Position numbers and translations under genes: made by a program. The notes beneath the pieces are model-generated. The model saw nothing but the letters and a program-made list of their open reading frames with translations. It had not been told where the DNA came from and searched no databases. 64,000 nucleotides of DNA from an uncultured Candidatus Rokubacteria bacterium (lineage in GTDB: Bacteria > Methylomirabilota > Methylomirabilia > Rokubacteriales > CSP1-6), in NCBI GenBank assembly GCA_963771355.1, contig CAVYTA010000004.1, forward strand, positions 160,001 through 224,000, in the 5' to 3' direction. Of this stretch, positions 49,028 to 60,200 are shown piece after piece; the stretch's first letter is position 1; every line of letters starts with the position of its first letter.

Positions 49028-49492
49028 ATGGCGGACAAGCGAAAGCTGCTCAAGGACGCGGACGAGGCCTACACCGAGCTGACCGAGGCCGTGGCCGGCC
49101 TCACCGACCTCGAGCTGAGCCGGGTCTGGCTCGGCACCTGGGGCGCGCGGGAGATCCTCATTCACATCGCGGCCTGGGACCGGGAGATGATTCCCGCGCT
49201 CCAGCGGGTGGGCCGGGGCGAAGCCCCGTATGCGGCCGGCACGTATGACGACGTCGATGCCTGGAATGCCCGCTTCGTCGAGGCCCGGCTGGGCGCCAAT
49301 GCCTCGGGGATCCTGGCCGAGCTGGCCGCCAATCACGCGGCCTTCGTGGCCGCCGCGGCGGCGCTGCCGGAGGAGCACTTCCTGCCGGGCGGCGGCGCGG
49401 GCGACCTGGTGTCGGGCACGACCACGGGGCACTACCGCGAGCATGCCGAGCAGATCCGGGGCTGGCGGGAGGAGAAGGAGCAGCAGGCGTAA
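49028..49492 (+). CDS. DinB-superfamily four-helix bundle protein
   Basis: GTWGAREILIHIAAWD, WNARF, HYREHAEQI; GGGGAGG RBS. Confidence 0.82.
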   Translation: MADKRKLLKDADEAYTELTEAVAGLTDLELSRVWLGTWGAREILIHIAAWDREMIPALQRVGRGEAPYAAGTYDDVDAWNARFVEARLGANASGILAELAANHAAFVAAAAALPEEHFLPGGGAGDLVSGTTTGHYREHAEQIRGWREEKEQQA

Positions 49493-49522
49493 GCGCACCG
49501 CGCGTCGATCGCGGTCGGCGGC

Positions 49523-50966
49523 TCATGACCCGGCGGCAGGTGACGCCGGGTCGTGAGCCGTCTCCAGCAATCGGATCACCGCCGCGCGATCGTGCTTCCC
49601 GGTGATCAGCGCGGGGATCTGGGGGCGTACCGCCACGATGGCGGGCTGTAGCCACGCCGGCAGGGTCCGGCTCGCCACGGCGTGGATGTCCGGGACGCCG
49701 ACACCCTCACGTGCCGCGACGAGGACGCCGATCACGGCGGCGCCGCGGCGTGGGACCGGTACCACCACGCTGTCGAGCACGCCGGGGTGCGTGCGCAGCG
49801 CGTTTGCGACCTGGGCCGGGCTCACCAGATAGCCACCGCTGGTCTTGAAGCAGTCGTCCAGCCGACCCAGCAGGATGAGGCGTCCCTCGGGCGTGAGCGT
49901 GCCCACGTCCTCGGTGCCGCTCCAGCCGTCTTCTCGGGACAGCGCTTGCACATCCGGCGGGTACCCATAGCCTTCGCTGTGCCAGGGGCAGCGAATCCAG
50001 ACGCGCCCCGGTTGCCCGGGCGGGACCGCGGCCTCCGGCGTCTCGCCGCAGCGGATCTCCACGCCGGGAGACGGGAAGCCGACCGTCTCCGGCCGGATCT
50101 CGGTCACCGGCGCCGGGTCGGAGGTGATGAAGCTGCACTCGGTGCGCCCGTAGCTCTGGCGGATCGGCACGCCGAAGCGCTCGAGGAAGCCCCGATACAC
50201 CGCCTCCGCCACATGCCCGCTACTGATGTGACAGATCCCGGGCGTCCGCCCCGGCCACTCCCCCAGCGGCGCGCGGACCAGCAGATCGGCCATGAGCGCG
50301 GTGCCGGGCCAGTAGTCGTATCCGCCTTGCGCGAAGAGGTGGAGCAGCGAGCGGTGATCGAAGCGTTCGAGCAGGCCGACATGCCCGTGGAGATAGGCGG
50401 GCAAGAGGAAGTTCTGGCTGAGCCCGAACGAGGTGGCCAGCGGCAAGCACGCGGCGATGCGCGCGCCCCGCGCGAGCCCATACGTCTCGGCGATGGCCTG
50501 AACCGCCAGAAAGAGCCCCTTGGTAGACCGGAAGCCGGGCTTGGGCGTGCCGGTGGAGCCGGAGGTGAAGATGACGAAGCCGGGCGTGGAGAAGAAGGTG
50601 GGCGGCGGGCCGGGGGCCCTGCCAGGCTCGGGAAGCGCGATGGCCGAGAGCCCGGCTTCCTCGAGCGCGGGCGCGAATTCCGCGGTGGCCGGAGTGAGGA
50701 AGACCGGCATGACAGTGGGGAATGGAGGGTCGCTACGCCAGGTGCTGGGCTCGGGGTGGAGCAGCACGACGGGCGCCGGGAGCGCCGACAGCGCGAAGAG
50801 GAGCGCGAAGGTCTCGGGATGACTCCGCGCCACCAGCGCCACCGCGTCCGGCATCGCCGGGAGCCGCTCGACGACGCCGCGCATGCCAGCCCGCCGCCAT
50901 CCCCGCGAGCGTCTCGCCGCTCCAGTCGCGCCCCTGGAAGGTGATGCTCGGCGGCAGAAGGGTCAC
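49523..50966 (-). pseudogene. Class I adenylate-forming enzyme (AMP-binding), frameshifted at ~50880
   Basis: FTSGSTGTPK, SYGRTE, TEDVG, GRLDD; N-terminal GTG 50966 segment (TAGCCT-N6 upstream) is one base out of frame with the main ORF. Confidence 0.75.
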
Positions 50967-51112
50967 GCGAGCAGGCTAACATGGGCGACTCCGGACCTCG
51001 GCGATCCGACTGGATCACGATACGAGGGCAAGTAGGCCGGGATTCGGGTACGTCGATACCGGTTGCACTGATATCCAGGAAGCCCTATTAGATCGTGAAG
51101 GGGGAATCCGGC

Positions 51113-53014
51113 ATGCGCAGTGTCTACGACGAGGTGTACGCCCGCTCGCGGCGAGACCCGGAGGGCTTCTGGGGCGCGGCGGCCGAGGATCTTCACTGGG
51201 ACCGGCGCTGGGACCGGGTCTTCGACGATTCCCGCCCGCCGTACTACCGCTGGTTCACGGGCGGCATGCTCAACACCTGCTACAACGCGCTCGACCTCCA
51301 CGTGGACCGCGGCCGGGGCAAGCAGGCCGCGCTGATCTACGATAGCCCGGTCACCGGCACGGTGAAGGCCTTCACCTATGCGGCGCTCCGTGATGAAGTG
51401 GCGCGCTTCGCCGGCGCCTTGCGCCAGGGGGGCGTGGACAAGGGCGACCGCGTCATCATCTACATGCCCATGGTGCCGGAGGCGGTGATCGCCATGCTCG
51501 CCTGCGCGCGCATCGGCGCCATTCACTCCGTGGTCTTCGGCGGCTTCGCGTCCAAGGAGCTGGCCACCCGCATCGACGACGCCAAGCCCACCGTGATGCT
51601 CTCCGCCTCCTGCGGCATCGAGGGCAACCGCGTCATCCCCTACAAGCCCCTGCTCGACGCCGCCCTCGAGATGGCGAGCTTCAAGCCCCGGCGCTGCGTC
51701 ATCCTCCAGCGCCCACAAGAAACGTGCGCGCTCGTTCCCGGCCGCGACGTGGACTGGGCAGAGGCGGTGGCGGGCGCCTCGCCGGTGGACTGCGTGCCGG
51801 TGGCGGCGACCGACCCGCTCTACATCCTCTATACGTCGGGCACCACGGGCATCCCCAAGGGCGTGGTGCGCGACAACGGCGGCCATGCCGTGGCGCTCAA
51901 GTGGAGCATGGGGAATGTCTACGGGATGGGCGCGGGTGAGACCTACTGGGCCGCGTCCGACATCGGCTGGGTGGTCGGCCACTCCTATATCGTCTACGCG
52001 CCGCTCCTCCGCGGCTGCACGACCATTCTCTACGAGGGCAAGCCGGTGGGGACGCCGGATCCCGGCGCCTTCTGGCGCGTGGCCTCCCAGCACGGGGTGA
52101 GCGCGCTCTTCACCGCGCCCACCGCGTTTCGCGCCATCAAGAAGGAAGATCCGCAGGGGGCCTACATCGGGAAGTACGATCTCTCGCGCTTCCGCACCCT
52201 CTTCCTCGCGGGCGAGCGCTGCGACCCGGACACGCTGCTCTGGGCGCGCGAGCGCCTCCAGGTGCCGGTGATCGACCACTGGTGGCAGACGGAGACGGGC
52301 TGGCCCATGGCCGCCAACTGCGTGGGCCTCGGCATGCTGCCGGTGAAGCCGGGCTCGCCCACCAAGGCGGTGCCGGGCTATGACGTGCGCGTGCTCTCCG
52401 AGGACAACCAGGAGATGCCGGCGGGCCAGATCGGCAGCATCGCGGTGCGCCTGCCGTTGCCGCCGGGCTCGCTGCCCACCCTCTGGAACAACGACGCGGG
52501 GTTCGAGGCGTCCTACCTCGCGCGGCATCCCGGCCATTACCTCACCGGCGACGCGGGCTACCAGGACGCCGACGGCTACCTCTACATCATGAGCCGGGTG
52601 GACGACATCATCAACGTGGCGGGGCACCGGCTCTCCACCGGCGCCATGGAGGAAGTGCTCTCCGCGCATCCGGACATCGCGGAGTGCGCGGTGGTGGGCG
52701 TGGCCGATGAGATCAAGGGTGAGATCCCGGTGGGCTTCGCCGTCACCAAGGCGGGCGTCACGCGCGCCGAGGCCGAGATCACCCGGGAGCTGGTCGAGAT
52801 GGTGCGCGAGCGCATCGGCCCCGTCGCCTCCTTCAAGGTGGTGACGCTGGTCAAGCGCCTGCCCAAGACGCGCTCGGGCAAGATCCTCCGCGGGACCGTG
52901 AAGCGCATCGCCGACGGCGTGGACTACACCGTGCCCGCGACCATCGACGATCCGGTGATCCTGGACGAGATCACGGGGTACCTGAAGGCGCTCGGCTATC
53001 CGAAGAAGGGGTAG
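51113..53014 (+). CDS. prpE: Propionyl-CoA synthetase
   Basis: WFTGG.LNTCYNALD, YTSGTTGIPKGVVRDNGG, SDIGWVVGHSYIVY, DHWWQTETG, PKTRSGK. Confidence 0.92.
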   Translation: MRSVYDEVYARSRRDPEGFWGAAAEDLHWDRRWDRVFDDSRPPYYRWFTGGMLNTCYNALDLHVDRGRGKQAALIYDSPVTGTVKAFTYAALRDEVARFAGALRQGGVDKGDRVIIYMPMVPEAVIAMLACARIGAIHSVVFGGFASKELATRIDDAKPTVMLSASCGIEGNRVIPYKPLLDAALEMASFKPRRCVILQRPQETCALVPGRDVDWAEAVAGASPVDCVPVAATDPLYILYTSGTTGIPKGVVRDNGGHAVALKWSMGNVYGMGAGETYWAASDIGWVVGHSYIVYAPLLRGCTTILYEGKPVGTPDPGAFWRVASQHGVSALFTAPTAFRAIKKEDPQGAYIGKYDLSRFRTLFLAGERCDPDTLLWARERLQVPVIDHWWQTETGWPMAANCVGLGMLPVKPGSPTKAVPGYDVRVLSEDNQEMPAGQIGSIAVRLPLPPGSLPTLWNNDAGFEASYLARHPGHYLTGDAGYQDADGYLYIMSRVDDIINVAGHRLSTGAMEEVLSAHPDIAECAVVGVADEIKGEIPVGFAVTKAGVTRAEAEITRELVEMVRERIGPVASFKVVTLVKRLPKTRSGKILRGTVKRIADGVDYTVPATIDDPVILDEITGYLKALGYPKKG

Positions 53015-53019
53015 CCGCC

Positions 53020-54306
53020 GTGCGTGAGCTCGCCCTCGGGATCCTCGTGGCCGCGTGCGTCGGTTGCGCAGGGCCGTCGGGCCCACCCACGAACGGCGCG
53101 GTGGTGAGCGCCTCGTCCTCCGCCGGGTCGTCAGCCACCCCCGGACCTCGGTTCGCCGCGGACGGCCCGGACGCCGAGGAGTACGGCGCGCGCGAGGGCT
53201 ATCCGGTCAGGATCATCTCGCGCGCCCCGTTCCTTGTCGGCGCCTTCAGTCACTACGACCAGCTCTTCGAAGGCCGGATTGTCCGCCGGGCCGCCACGCC
53301 GTCGCGCCTCCACCGGGCCTCCGCCGAGCCGCCCCTGCGCTACGAGTACGGGGTCAAGACCCTCACGCTCGACGACTACCTGGCGCACAATCCCATCACC
53401 GGACTTCTCATCGCGCGCGGTGACACGATCCTGGTCGAGCGCTACCAGTACGCCCGGAGCGACCGGCACCGCTTCACCTCGTTCTCGATGGCCAAGACGG
53501 TCACGGCGATGCTGATCGGCGTCGCGATCGCCGAGGGTCGCATCCGTTCGGTGGACGATCCGGCCGCGGCGTACGTGCCCGCGCTCGCCGACACCGAGTA
53601 CGGCCGCACGTCGCTCCGCCACCTGCTGCAGATGTCCTCGGGCGTCCGGTTCTCCGAGCGATACTCGGGCCGGGACGATGTGGCGCGGCTCTTCGTCGAG
53701 ACGGTTCTCCAGGACGGCGCGGGCGGGGTCGAGGCGGTGAAGCCGTACAACGAGCGGGGCTGGCCGAGCGGCACCATCTTCTCCTACGCCTCCGTGGAGA
53801 CCCAGGTGCTCGGTCTGGTCCTTCGCGGCGCGATCCAGCGGCCGGTGGTCGACTATCTCCACGAGAAGATCTGGGAGCCAATGGGGGCGGAGGCGGACGC
53901 GACCTGGCTCGTCGACCGCACCGGCCAGGAAGTGACCTTCTGCTGTCTCAACGCGGTGCTGCGCGACTACGCGCGGCTCGGCTTGCTGCTCGCGCACGAT
54001 GGGAACTGGCGTGGACGCCAGCTCATTCCCGCCGCGTGGATCAACGAGGCCACCCGGGTGCGCGACGATCAGCCGCATCTCCGGCCGGGAACCGCCCGTG
54101 GGTACCTGGGCTATGGCTATCAGGTATGGCTACTTCCGGGAGAGCGGCGGATGTTCGTCCTTCTGGGCGTTCACGGCCAGGCGATCTTCGTCGATCCGAC
54201 GAGTCGCCTCGTCATGGTGCAGACTGCCGTGTACAAAGAGCCCGGGGACCCCATCAGGGAGGCGTATGCGCTGTGGCGAGGCGTGGTGACGAGGCGTCGT
54301 GACTGA
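53020..54306 (+). CDS. Serine hydrolase, beta-lactamase class C/NylB-like lipoprotein
   Basis: Lipobox VGC, SFSMAK (SxxK), LLQMSSG, FSYAS, YGYQVW, GVHGQ. Confidence 0.88.
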   Translation: MRELALGILVAACVGCAGPSGPPTNGAVVSASSSAGSSATPGPRFAADGPDAEEYGAREGYPVRIISRAPFLVGAFSHYDQLFEGRIVRRAATPSRLHRASAEPPLRYEYGVKTLTLDDYLAHNPITGLLIARGDTILVERYQYARSDRHRFTSFSMAKTVTAMLIGVAIAEGRIRSVDDPAAAYVPALADTEYGRTSLRHLLQMSSGVRFSERYSGRDDVARLFVETVLQDGAGGVEAVKPYNERGWPSGTIFSYASVETQVLGLVLRGAIQRPVVDYLHEKIWEPMGAEADATWLVDRTGQEVTFCCLNAVLRDYARLGLLLAHDGNWRGRQLIPAAWINEATRVRDDQPHLRPGTARGYLGYGYQVWLLPGERRMFVLLGVHGQAIFVDPTSRLVMVQTAVYKEPGDPIREAYALWRGVVTRRRD

Positions 54307-54323
54307 GCTCGAGAGCTGATCGC

Positions 54324-55460
54324 ATGTACGACGTCATCGTGGCGGGAGGCGGGGTGGTGGGCGCGACCGCGGCGTATCTCTGCGCCCGCGGGGGGCTCCG
54401 CACGCTTCTCCTGGATCGCGCGGACCCCGGACGCGCCACCGACGCGGGCGCGGGCATCATCGCGCCACGAACTAGCAGCCGCAGCGAGGTCCTGTTCGAG
54501 CTCGGGGTCCGTTCCGGCGAGTTCTACTCGACCCTCCTCGGCCATCTCGCGGAGGATGGCGGCGGCGACACGGGCTATGCGCGGTGCGGCGACCTGCGCG
54601 TCGCCGTGACGGAAGACGAGCTCGAGCCGTTCGGGGCGCTCGTCGCCATCCTGGAGGAGCGGCGCGCGCGGCATGGCTACCCCACGGCCGATGAGGTGCG
54701 CGAGATCAAACCGGACGAGGCGCGAGCGTTCTTCCCGCCGCTGGCCCGCCCGCTCCGGGCGCTCCACGACCGGACGGCGGCGCGTGTGGACGGGCGGCTG
54801 CTCAACCAGGCGCTCCTCAAAGCCGCCGCCGGCCGCAACGTCACGGTGGTCCGGGCGGGGGTGGACCGTCTCGTCCTCGAGGGCGGCCGGTTCGCCGGCG
54901 TGGTCGCGGGCGCCGACGTTCATCGTGCCGGGCACGTCATCATCGCCGGCGGCGCGTGGACGCCGGCCCTGGCCGGGCCGCTCGGCGTCTCGATCGCCGT
55001 AACGCCTCAGCGCGGGCAGATCATCCATCTCCAGGTTGCCGAGGGCGCCACCGGCGACTGGCCGATCGTGCACGCCTTCCACGATCACTACATCGTGTCG
55101 TGGAGCGGCGGACGGGTCGTGGCCGGCGCCACGCGAGAGACCGGCTCGGGCTTTGACCCGCGCATCACCGCCGCCGGCGTCCATGAAGTGCTCGGCGAGG
55201 CGCTGCGCGTGGCGCCGGGCCTTGCGAGTGCGGGCATGCTCGAGACGCGCGTGGGCTTGCGGCCGCTGTCGGCGGACGGCCTGCCCGTGCTTGGCCCCAT
55301 CCCCGGCGTGGCCGGCGCGTACGTCGCCACCGGCCACGGCCCATCCGGCCTCACGCTCGGGCCCTACAGCGCCGCGCTCGTCTGCGATCTGGTGCGGGGC
55401 CGTGCCCCCACGCTGGACCTGGCGCCGTTCCGCGCCGACCGCTTTTCCGGCGCCCGCTAG
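54324..55460 (+). CDS. FAD-dependent oxidoreductase (D-amino acid oxidase/glycine oxidase family)
   Basis: GGGVVG, AGAG, GGAW, RGQ, GLRP, TGHG..GLTLGP. Confidence 0.9.
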   Translation: MYDVIVAGGGVVGATAAYLCARGGLRTLLLDRADPGRATDAGAGIIAPRTSSRSEVLFELGVRSGEFYSTLLGHLAEDGGGDTGYARCGDLRVAVTEDELEPFGALVAILEERRARHGYPTADEVREIKPDEARAFFPPLARPLRALHDRTAARVDGRLLNQALLKAAAGRNVTVVRAGVDRLVLEGGRFAGVVAGADVHRAGHVIIAGGAWTPALAGPLGVSIAVTPQRGQIIHLQVAEGATGDWPIVHAFHDHYIVSWSGGRVVAGATRETGSGFDPRITAAGVHEVLGEALRVAPGLASAGMLETRVGLRPLSADGLPVLGPIPGVAGAYVATGHGPSGLTLGPYSAALVCDLVRGRAPTLDLAPFRADRFSGAR

Positions 55461-55610
55461 TCGGCTCCACCCTCGGGCTCAACGGGCAGGGAGACCCCCA
55501 CGAATTTCCCAGGTTCGGACCCGGCCGTGGTATTTTCCTGTGATCTCCAGGGACGAAAGCATCATGAGAATACCGCGTACCTATTTGATATCTGGTGTGA
55601 CCTCCCGCTG

Positions 55611-57251
55611 ATGAGCACCGGCCAGGGAGCAACGGTTTTTGCCCTGCTTCTGGCCACGATGCCATTCCTGGCTGCGTCCGCCTCCGCCCGGGCCCCGCTG
55701 GCCCCGGCTCCCAGCCCCGCCCCGGGTGTCGTGCGCGTCTCGGCCTTCCGTATCACCGGCAGCACGATATTGCAGTGGGACGAGCTCCCGGCTCTGGTCT
55801 CGGACGGAGTAGGCCGTGAGCTGACGCTCGCCCAGATCGAAGCGCTCGCCGCGCGCGTCACCGCATGGTATCGGGCGCGCGGGTATCTTCTGGCCCGTGC
55901 CTATGTGCCGGTGCAGGACCTCGCGGACGGGGTGGTCGAGATCACGGTGTCCGAGGGCCAGATCGGCGCCGTGGAGGTCAGGGGGTCGCGTCGTTACGAC
56001 CCCGGATTCCTTCGGGCTCACGTGCTGCTCGATCGCGAGCGGCCGCCGTTCCAGGCGGATGACTTCGAGCGCAGCCTACTCCTGCTCAACGACCTCCCGG
56101 GTCTCGAGGTGAAGAGCACCTTGAGGCCGGGGGCCATCCCCGGCACGACCGACGTGGTCCTCGATGTGGAGAAGGAGTTTCTCCTCACCGGAGATCTCGA
56201 AGCCAACAACTACGGCTCGCGGGAGACGGGCTACGAGCGCTTCGCCCTCGGGCTGAACCTCAATAACCCGTTCGGCTGGAACGACACCTTCGGGATCCGC
56301 GGGCTCGTCTCCCGCGAGATCGATGCCCTCTGGTTCGCCCGCGGGACCTACAGCGTGGCGCTCGGTCATTGGGGCACGCGACTCTCCCTCGCCTACACCC
56401 ACATCAATGCGGCGGCCGACGTGCGGGAGGTCATCGGGCCCATCGACGTCACCGGCAGCGGCGACATCGGGAGCGTGGCCCTCATCCACCCGATCTGGAG
56501 GAGCCGCGCGTGGAGCCTCTACGTCTATGGCGGCTTCGACATCTCGAATCTCGAGAACACGAGTGAGGCGGCAGGCGAAGGGGTGAGCACGCGCGATCGC
56601 CTTCGCGTGCTGAGCGCGGGGGCCACGGTCAACACCGTGGACAGCTGGCAGGGCGCCTCCGCGCTGTCGCTCACCCTGTATCAGGGGCTCGGGGGTTTCC
56701 TCGGAGGGCTCGACAACGACAACGATCCCGAGGCCAGCCGCCCTGGGGCGGGCGGGAGCTTCTTCAAGTTCGTCGGCCAGGTGTCCCGGCTCCAGCGAGT
56801 GTGGGGACCGGTCTCGGTCTACGCCAAGGCCGCCGGACAGCTGGCGAACACCGACCTCGTCGCCGCCGAGCAGTTCTTCATCGGGGGTGTTGGCACGGTG
56901 CGCGGGTACGCACTCGCCCAGTTCGCGGGGGACAGCGGCTACGCGGTCACGGGCGAGGTTCACCTCGTCGCGCCGGGCTTTTCCGACGTCCCGGCGTTCC
57001 TCGGCAAGAACTGGGGGGAGATCCTCCGGCTCTATGCCTTCGTCGACCACGGCGGCGCCTGGCTCCGGCAACCAGGGCCGGACGAGCGGCGGAGTCAATT
57101 CCTTACGAGCGTCGGCGCGGGGGCGAGCGCCAGCGTCGCCCAGAACTTCCTGGTCAATGTCGAATACGCACGACCGGTGGGTCCGCGATCCTCCGATGGT
57201 CGGGACAATGTCGTCTACTTCCGAGCCGTCAAGTTCTTCAATTTTTTCTAG
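55611..57251 (+). CDS. TpsB outer-membrane transporter (ShlB/FhaC/HecB)
   Basis: Signal peptide, POTRA (YRARGY, PVQD, EG), LLNDLPG, NNYGS, VRGY, FVDHG, C-terminal F; start uncertain (55527-55611). Confidence 0.92.
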   Translation: MSTGQGATVFALLLATMPFLAASASARAPLAPAPSPAPGVVRVSAFRITGSTILQWDELPALVSDGVGRELTLAQIEALAARVTAWYRARGYLLARAYVPVQDLADGVVEITVSEGQIGAVEVRGSRRYDPGFLRAHVLLDRERPPFQADDFERSLLLLNDLPGLEVKSTLRPGAIPGTTDVVLDVEKEFLLTGDLEANNYGSRETGYERFALGLNLNNPFGWNDTFGIRGLVSREIDALWFARGTYSVALGHWGTRLSLAYTHINAAADVREVIGPIDVTGSGDIGSVALIHPIWRSRAWSLYVYGGFDISNLENTSEAAGEGVSTRDRLRVLSAGATVNTVDSWQGASALSLTLYQGLGGFLGGLDNDNDPEASRPGAGGSFFKFVGQVSRLQRVWGPVSVYAKAAGQLANTDLVAAEQFFIGGVGTVRGYALAQFAGDSGYAVTGEVHLVAPGFSDVPAFLGKNWGEILRLYAFVDHGGAWLRQPGPDERRSQFLTSVGAGASASVAQNFLVNVEYARPVGPRSSDGRDNVVYFRAVKFFNFF

Positions 57252-57272
57252 GGTAGGATCACGAACGCCCTC

Positions 57273-60200
57273 ATGCGTCGACCTCGAGTATCGAGCCGGA
57301 CCACCTTCACCGGATTCCTGCCCCCACCGGTCCGGCGGGGGCTCGCGAGCCTTCTCGCCGTTCTCTTCGCCACGGGACCCGCGTGGGGCCTGCCGCATGG
57401 CGCGGTGGTGGTGTCCGGGAATGCAACAGTCTCTCGGACGGGCCCGAGTACGCTCCAGGTCGTCCAGGTCGGCGGCCCCGTGGTCATCCAGTGGAGCAGT
57501 TTCAGCATTGGCGCCGGCGAGCTCGTCCGTTTCCTCCAGCCGGGGCAAGCGTCGCTCGCCGTGAACCGCGTTGCGGCGGGAAACGCGTCGGTCGTCATGG
57601 GTCAGCTCCTCGCCAATGGGCGCATCGTGCTCATCAACCCCGCGGGGATCACCGTGGGAGCGGGCGGGCTCATCAAGGTGGCGGGGCTGGTCGCGACGAC
57701 GCTTGAGCTCCGGGATGCGGACCTCCGAACCGGGCGCCTCCTCTTCGAGCAGGGGCCGGGCCAGCTGGCGACGATCCTGAACCAGGGCACGATCACCGTG
57801 GTCCCGGGCGGTGTCGTCGCGCTGGTGGCGCCCGGGGTCATCAACCGGGGCACGATCACCGCTGAGCTGGGCAGCGTCCATCTTGCTTCGGGCCGACAGC
57901 TCATCGTGGACTTCGCGGGCGACGGCCTCGTCCGCTTCGCCGTCGACGGGGCGCTGGTGGGCGCCCCCGCGAGCACAGAGGCGCGCACGGAGTTCCCAGG
58001 AGTCCGGAACGAGGGGCGCATCCGAGCCGATGGCGGCCTGGTGGAGCTCACGGCAAAGACCGCGGGTGACGTGCTGAACGGTGTCGTGAACAACAGCGGC
58101 ATCGTCGAGGCCCGCTCGCTCGTGAACCGAGGAGGCGTGGTACGACTGATCGGCGGTGACGATGCCGCCGCGACGGCGACCGCGAGCGGCGCCATCCGAC
58201 CCGCGGGCGTGGTGCGCGGCATCGTCAGCAATACGGGAACCATCGACGTCTCCGCCAGGGAGGCGGGCGCGGCGCCGGGCCAGGTGCTGCTGGTGGGCGA
58301 GCGCGTCGGCCACGTGGGGACGATCGACGCCCGCGGCGCGGATGGCGGCCGCGGCGGCGAGGTGGGGATCGCCACCACCGAGCGGAGCGTCCTGTTGCCC
58401 GGGAGTGCCATCGACGTGAGTGGCGTCGGACACGCGAGCGCGGGGCGGGTCACCGTCTGGTCCGATCAGGAGACCACCGCCGCCACCGGCGCCACGATCC
58501 TGGCGCGTGGCGGGGAGCAGGGAGGCCACGGCGGCTTCGTAGAGGTATCCGGGGGCGTGGGCCTGAGCTTCGACGCGGCGGTGGACGCCCGGGCGCCGGC
58601 CGGCGCGACCGGCACGCTCCTCCTGGACCCGCGGAACATCACCGTCCGGACCACGGGCGGTGTCGCCTACAATCCCGGCGTCAACAACCTCTTCGGCAAC
58701 AACCTCGGCGCCACCACCGTGATCACGCCCGCGAGCATCAACGCGGCGGCGGCGAACGTGATCCTCCAGGCCAACTCCGACATTACCGTCACCGATCCGA
58801 TCGCGATGGCGAACGCGGCGGTCGGCTTGACCATGCAGGCCGGGCGCAGCATCATGGTCAATGCCAACGTAGCCACGAACAACGGGCCCATCTCGCTGAC
58901 CGCGAACTCCCCCGGCGCCACCCTCGCCGACCGTGCCGCGGGCGCGGGCGGCATCACCATGGCCGTCGGCACCGCCATCAACGCCGGGAGTCAGCCGATC
59001 AGCCTGAGCGTCGGCGGTCTCGCGGGGGGCACTCCAGGTGACATCGCTGCCCGCGGGTTGACGAGCAGCGCTGGCGGTATCCTCCTGAGCACGCCGAATA
59101 ATCTCGCGCTGAGCGGCGTGGTCAATGCCGGGTCCGGCCCGGTGACGATCCAGACGAATACGGACGGAGCGGGCGCCCAGAACTTCCTGATGAATGCGGG
59201 GAGCTCGATTGCCACGACGAGCACGGCGGCGAATGCGGTGACGATCAATGTCAACGCCGCCGCCGGGGGCACCGGGACCGCGACGGTCCGGGACATCAGC
59301 ACGGGGGCGGGGGGCGGGATCACGGTGCGGACCGATACGGGCGGGAATCTCACCGGGGGGGCGATCACACAGTCTTCCGGCACGCTCCAGTCCGGCGGCC
59401 TCCTGCTGAGCTCCCCGAACGCTGTCACCCTGAGCGGCGTGGTCAATGCCGGGGCAGGGCCGGTGACGATCCAGACGAATACCGACGGGATAGGCGCCCA
59501 GAGCTTCCTGATGAACGTGGGGAGCTCGATTGCCACGACGAGCACGGCGAATGCGGTGGCGATCAATGTCAACGCCGCCGCCGGGGGCACGGGCACCGCG
59601 ACGGTCCGGGATATCAGCACGGGGACGGGCGGGATCATCACGGTAGTGACGAACACCGGCGGGAACACCACGGGTGGGACGATCACGCAGGTGGCGGGGA
59701 CGACGCTCGCCGGCGGGGCTGCGCTGAGCTCGGCGAACGCGGTCACGCTGAACGGGGCGATCAATGCCGGCCCGGCGGCCGTCGCCATCCAGGCCAACAC
59801 GGACGGGGCGGGTGCTGAGAGCTTCACGATGGCCACCGGCAGCTCGATCACGACGACCAATACCGGGGCCGGCGCGGTGGCGATCAACGTCAACGCCGCC
59901 GCCGGGGGCACGGGCACGGCGACGGTCCGGGATATCAGCACGGGGGCGGGGGGCGGGATCACGGTGCGGACCGATACGGGCGGGAATCTCACCGGGGGCG
60001 CGATCACGCAGTCGTCCGGCACGCTCCAGTCCGGTGGCCTCCTGCTGAGATCGCCGAACGCCGTCACCCTGAGCGGCGTGGTGAATGCCGGCGCGGGGCC
60101 GGTCACCATCGCGGCGAATACCGATGGCGTCGGCAACCAGACCTTTACCATGGGGGCGGCGAGCACCATCACCACCACCAACGCGTCGGCGGGCGCCGTG

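Noticed and set aside
53020..54306. Beta-lactam resistance gene
   Set aside because: SxxK serine hydrolase of the esterase/NylB-like branch; lacks the KTG motif, so resistance cannot be claimed.
55535..55565. GGGACGAAAGC resembling part of a c-di-GMP-I riboswitch upstream of the adhesin locus
   Set aside because: Lacks the GCAAAC/GNRA first stem and the second hairpin; match too short.
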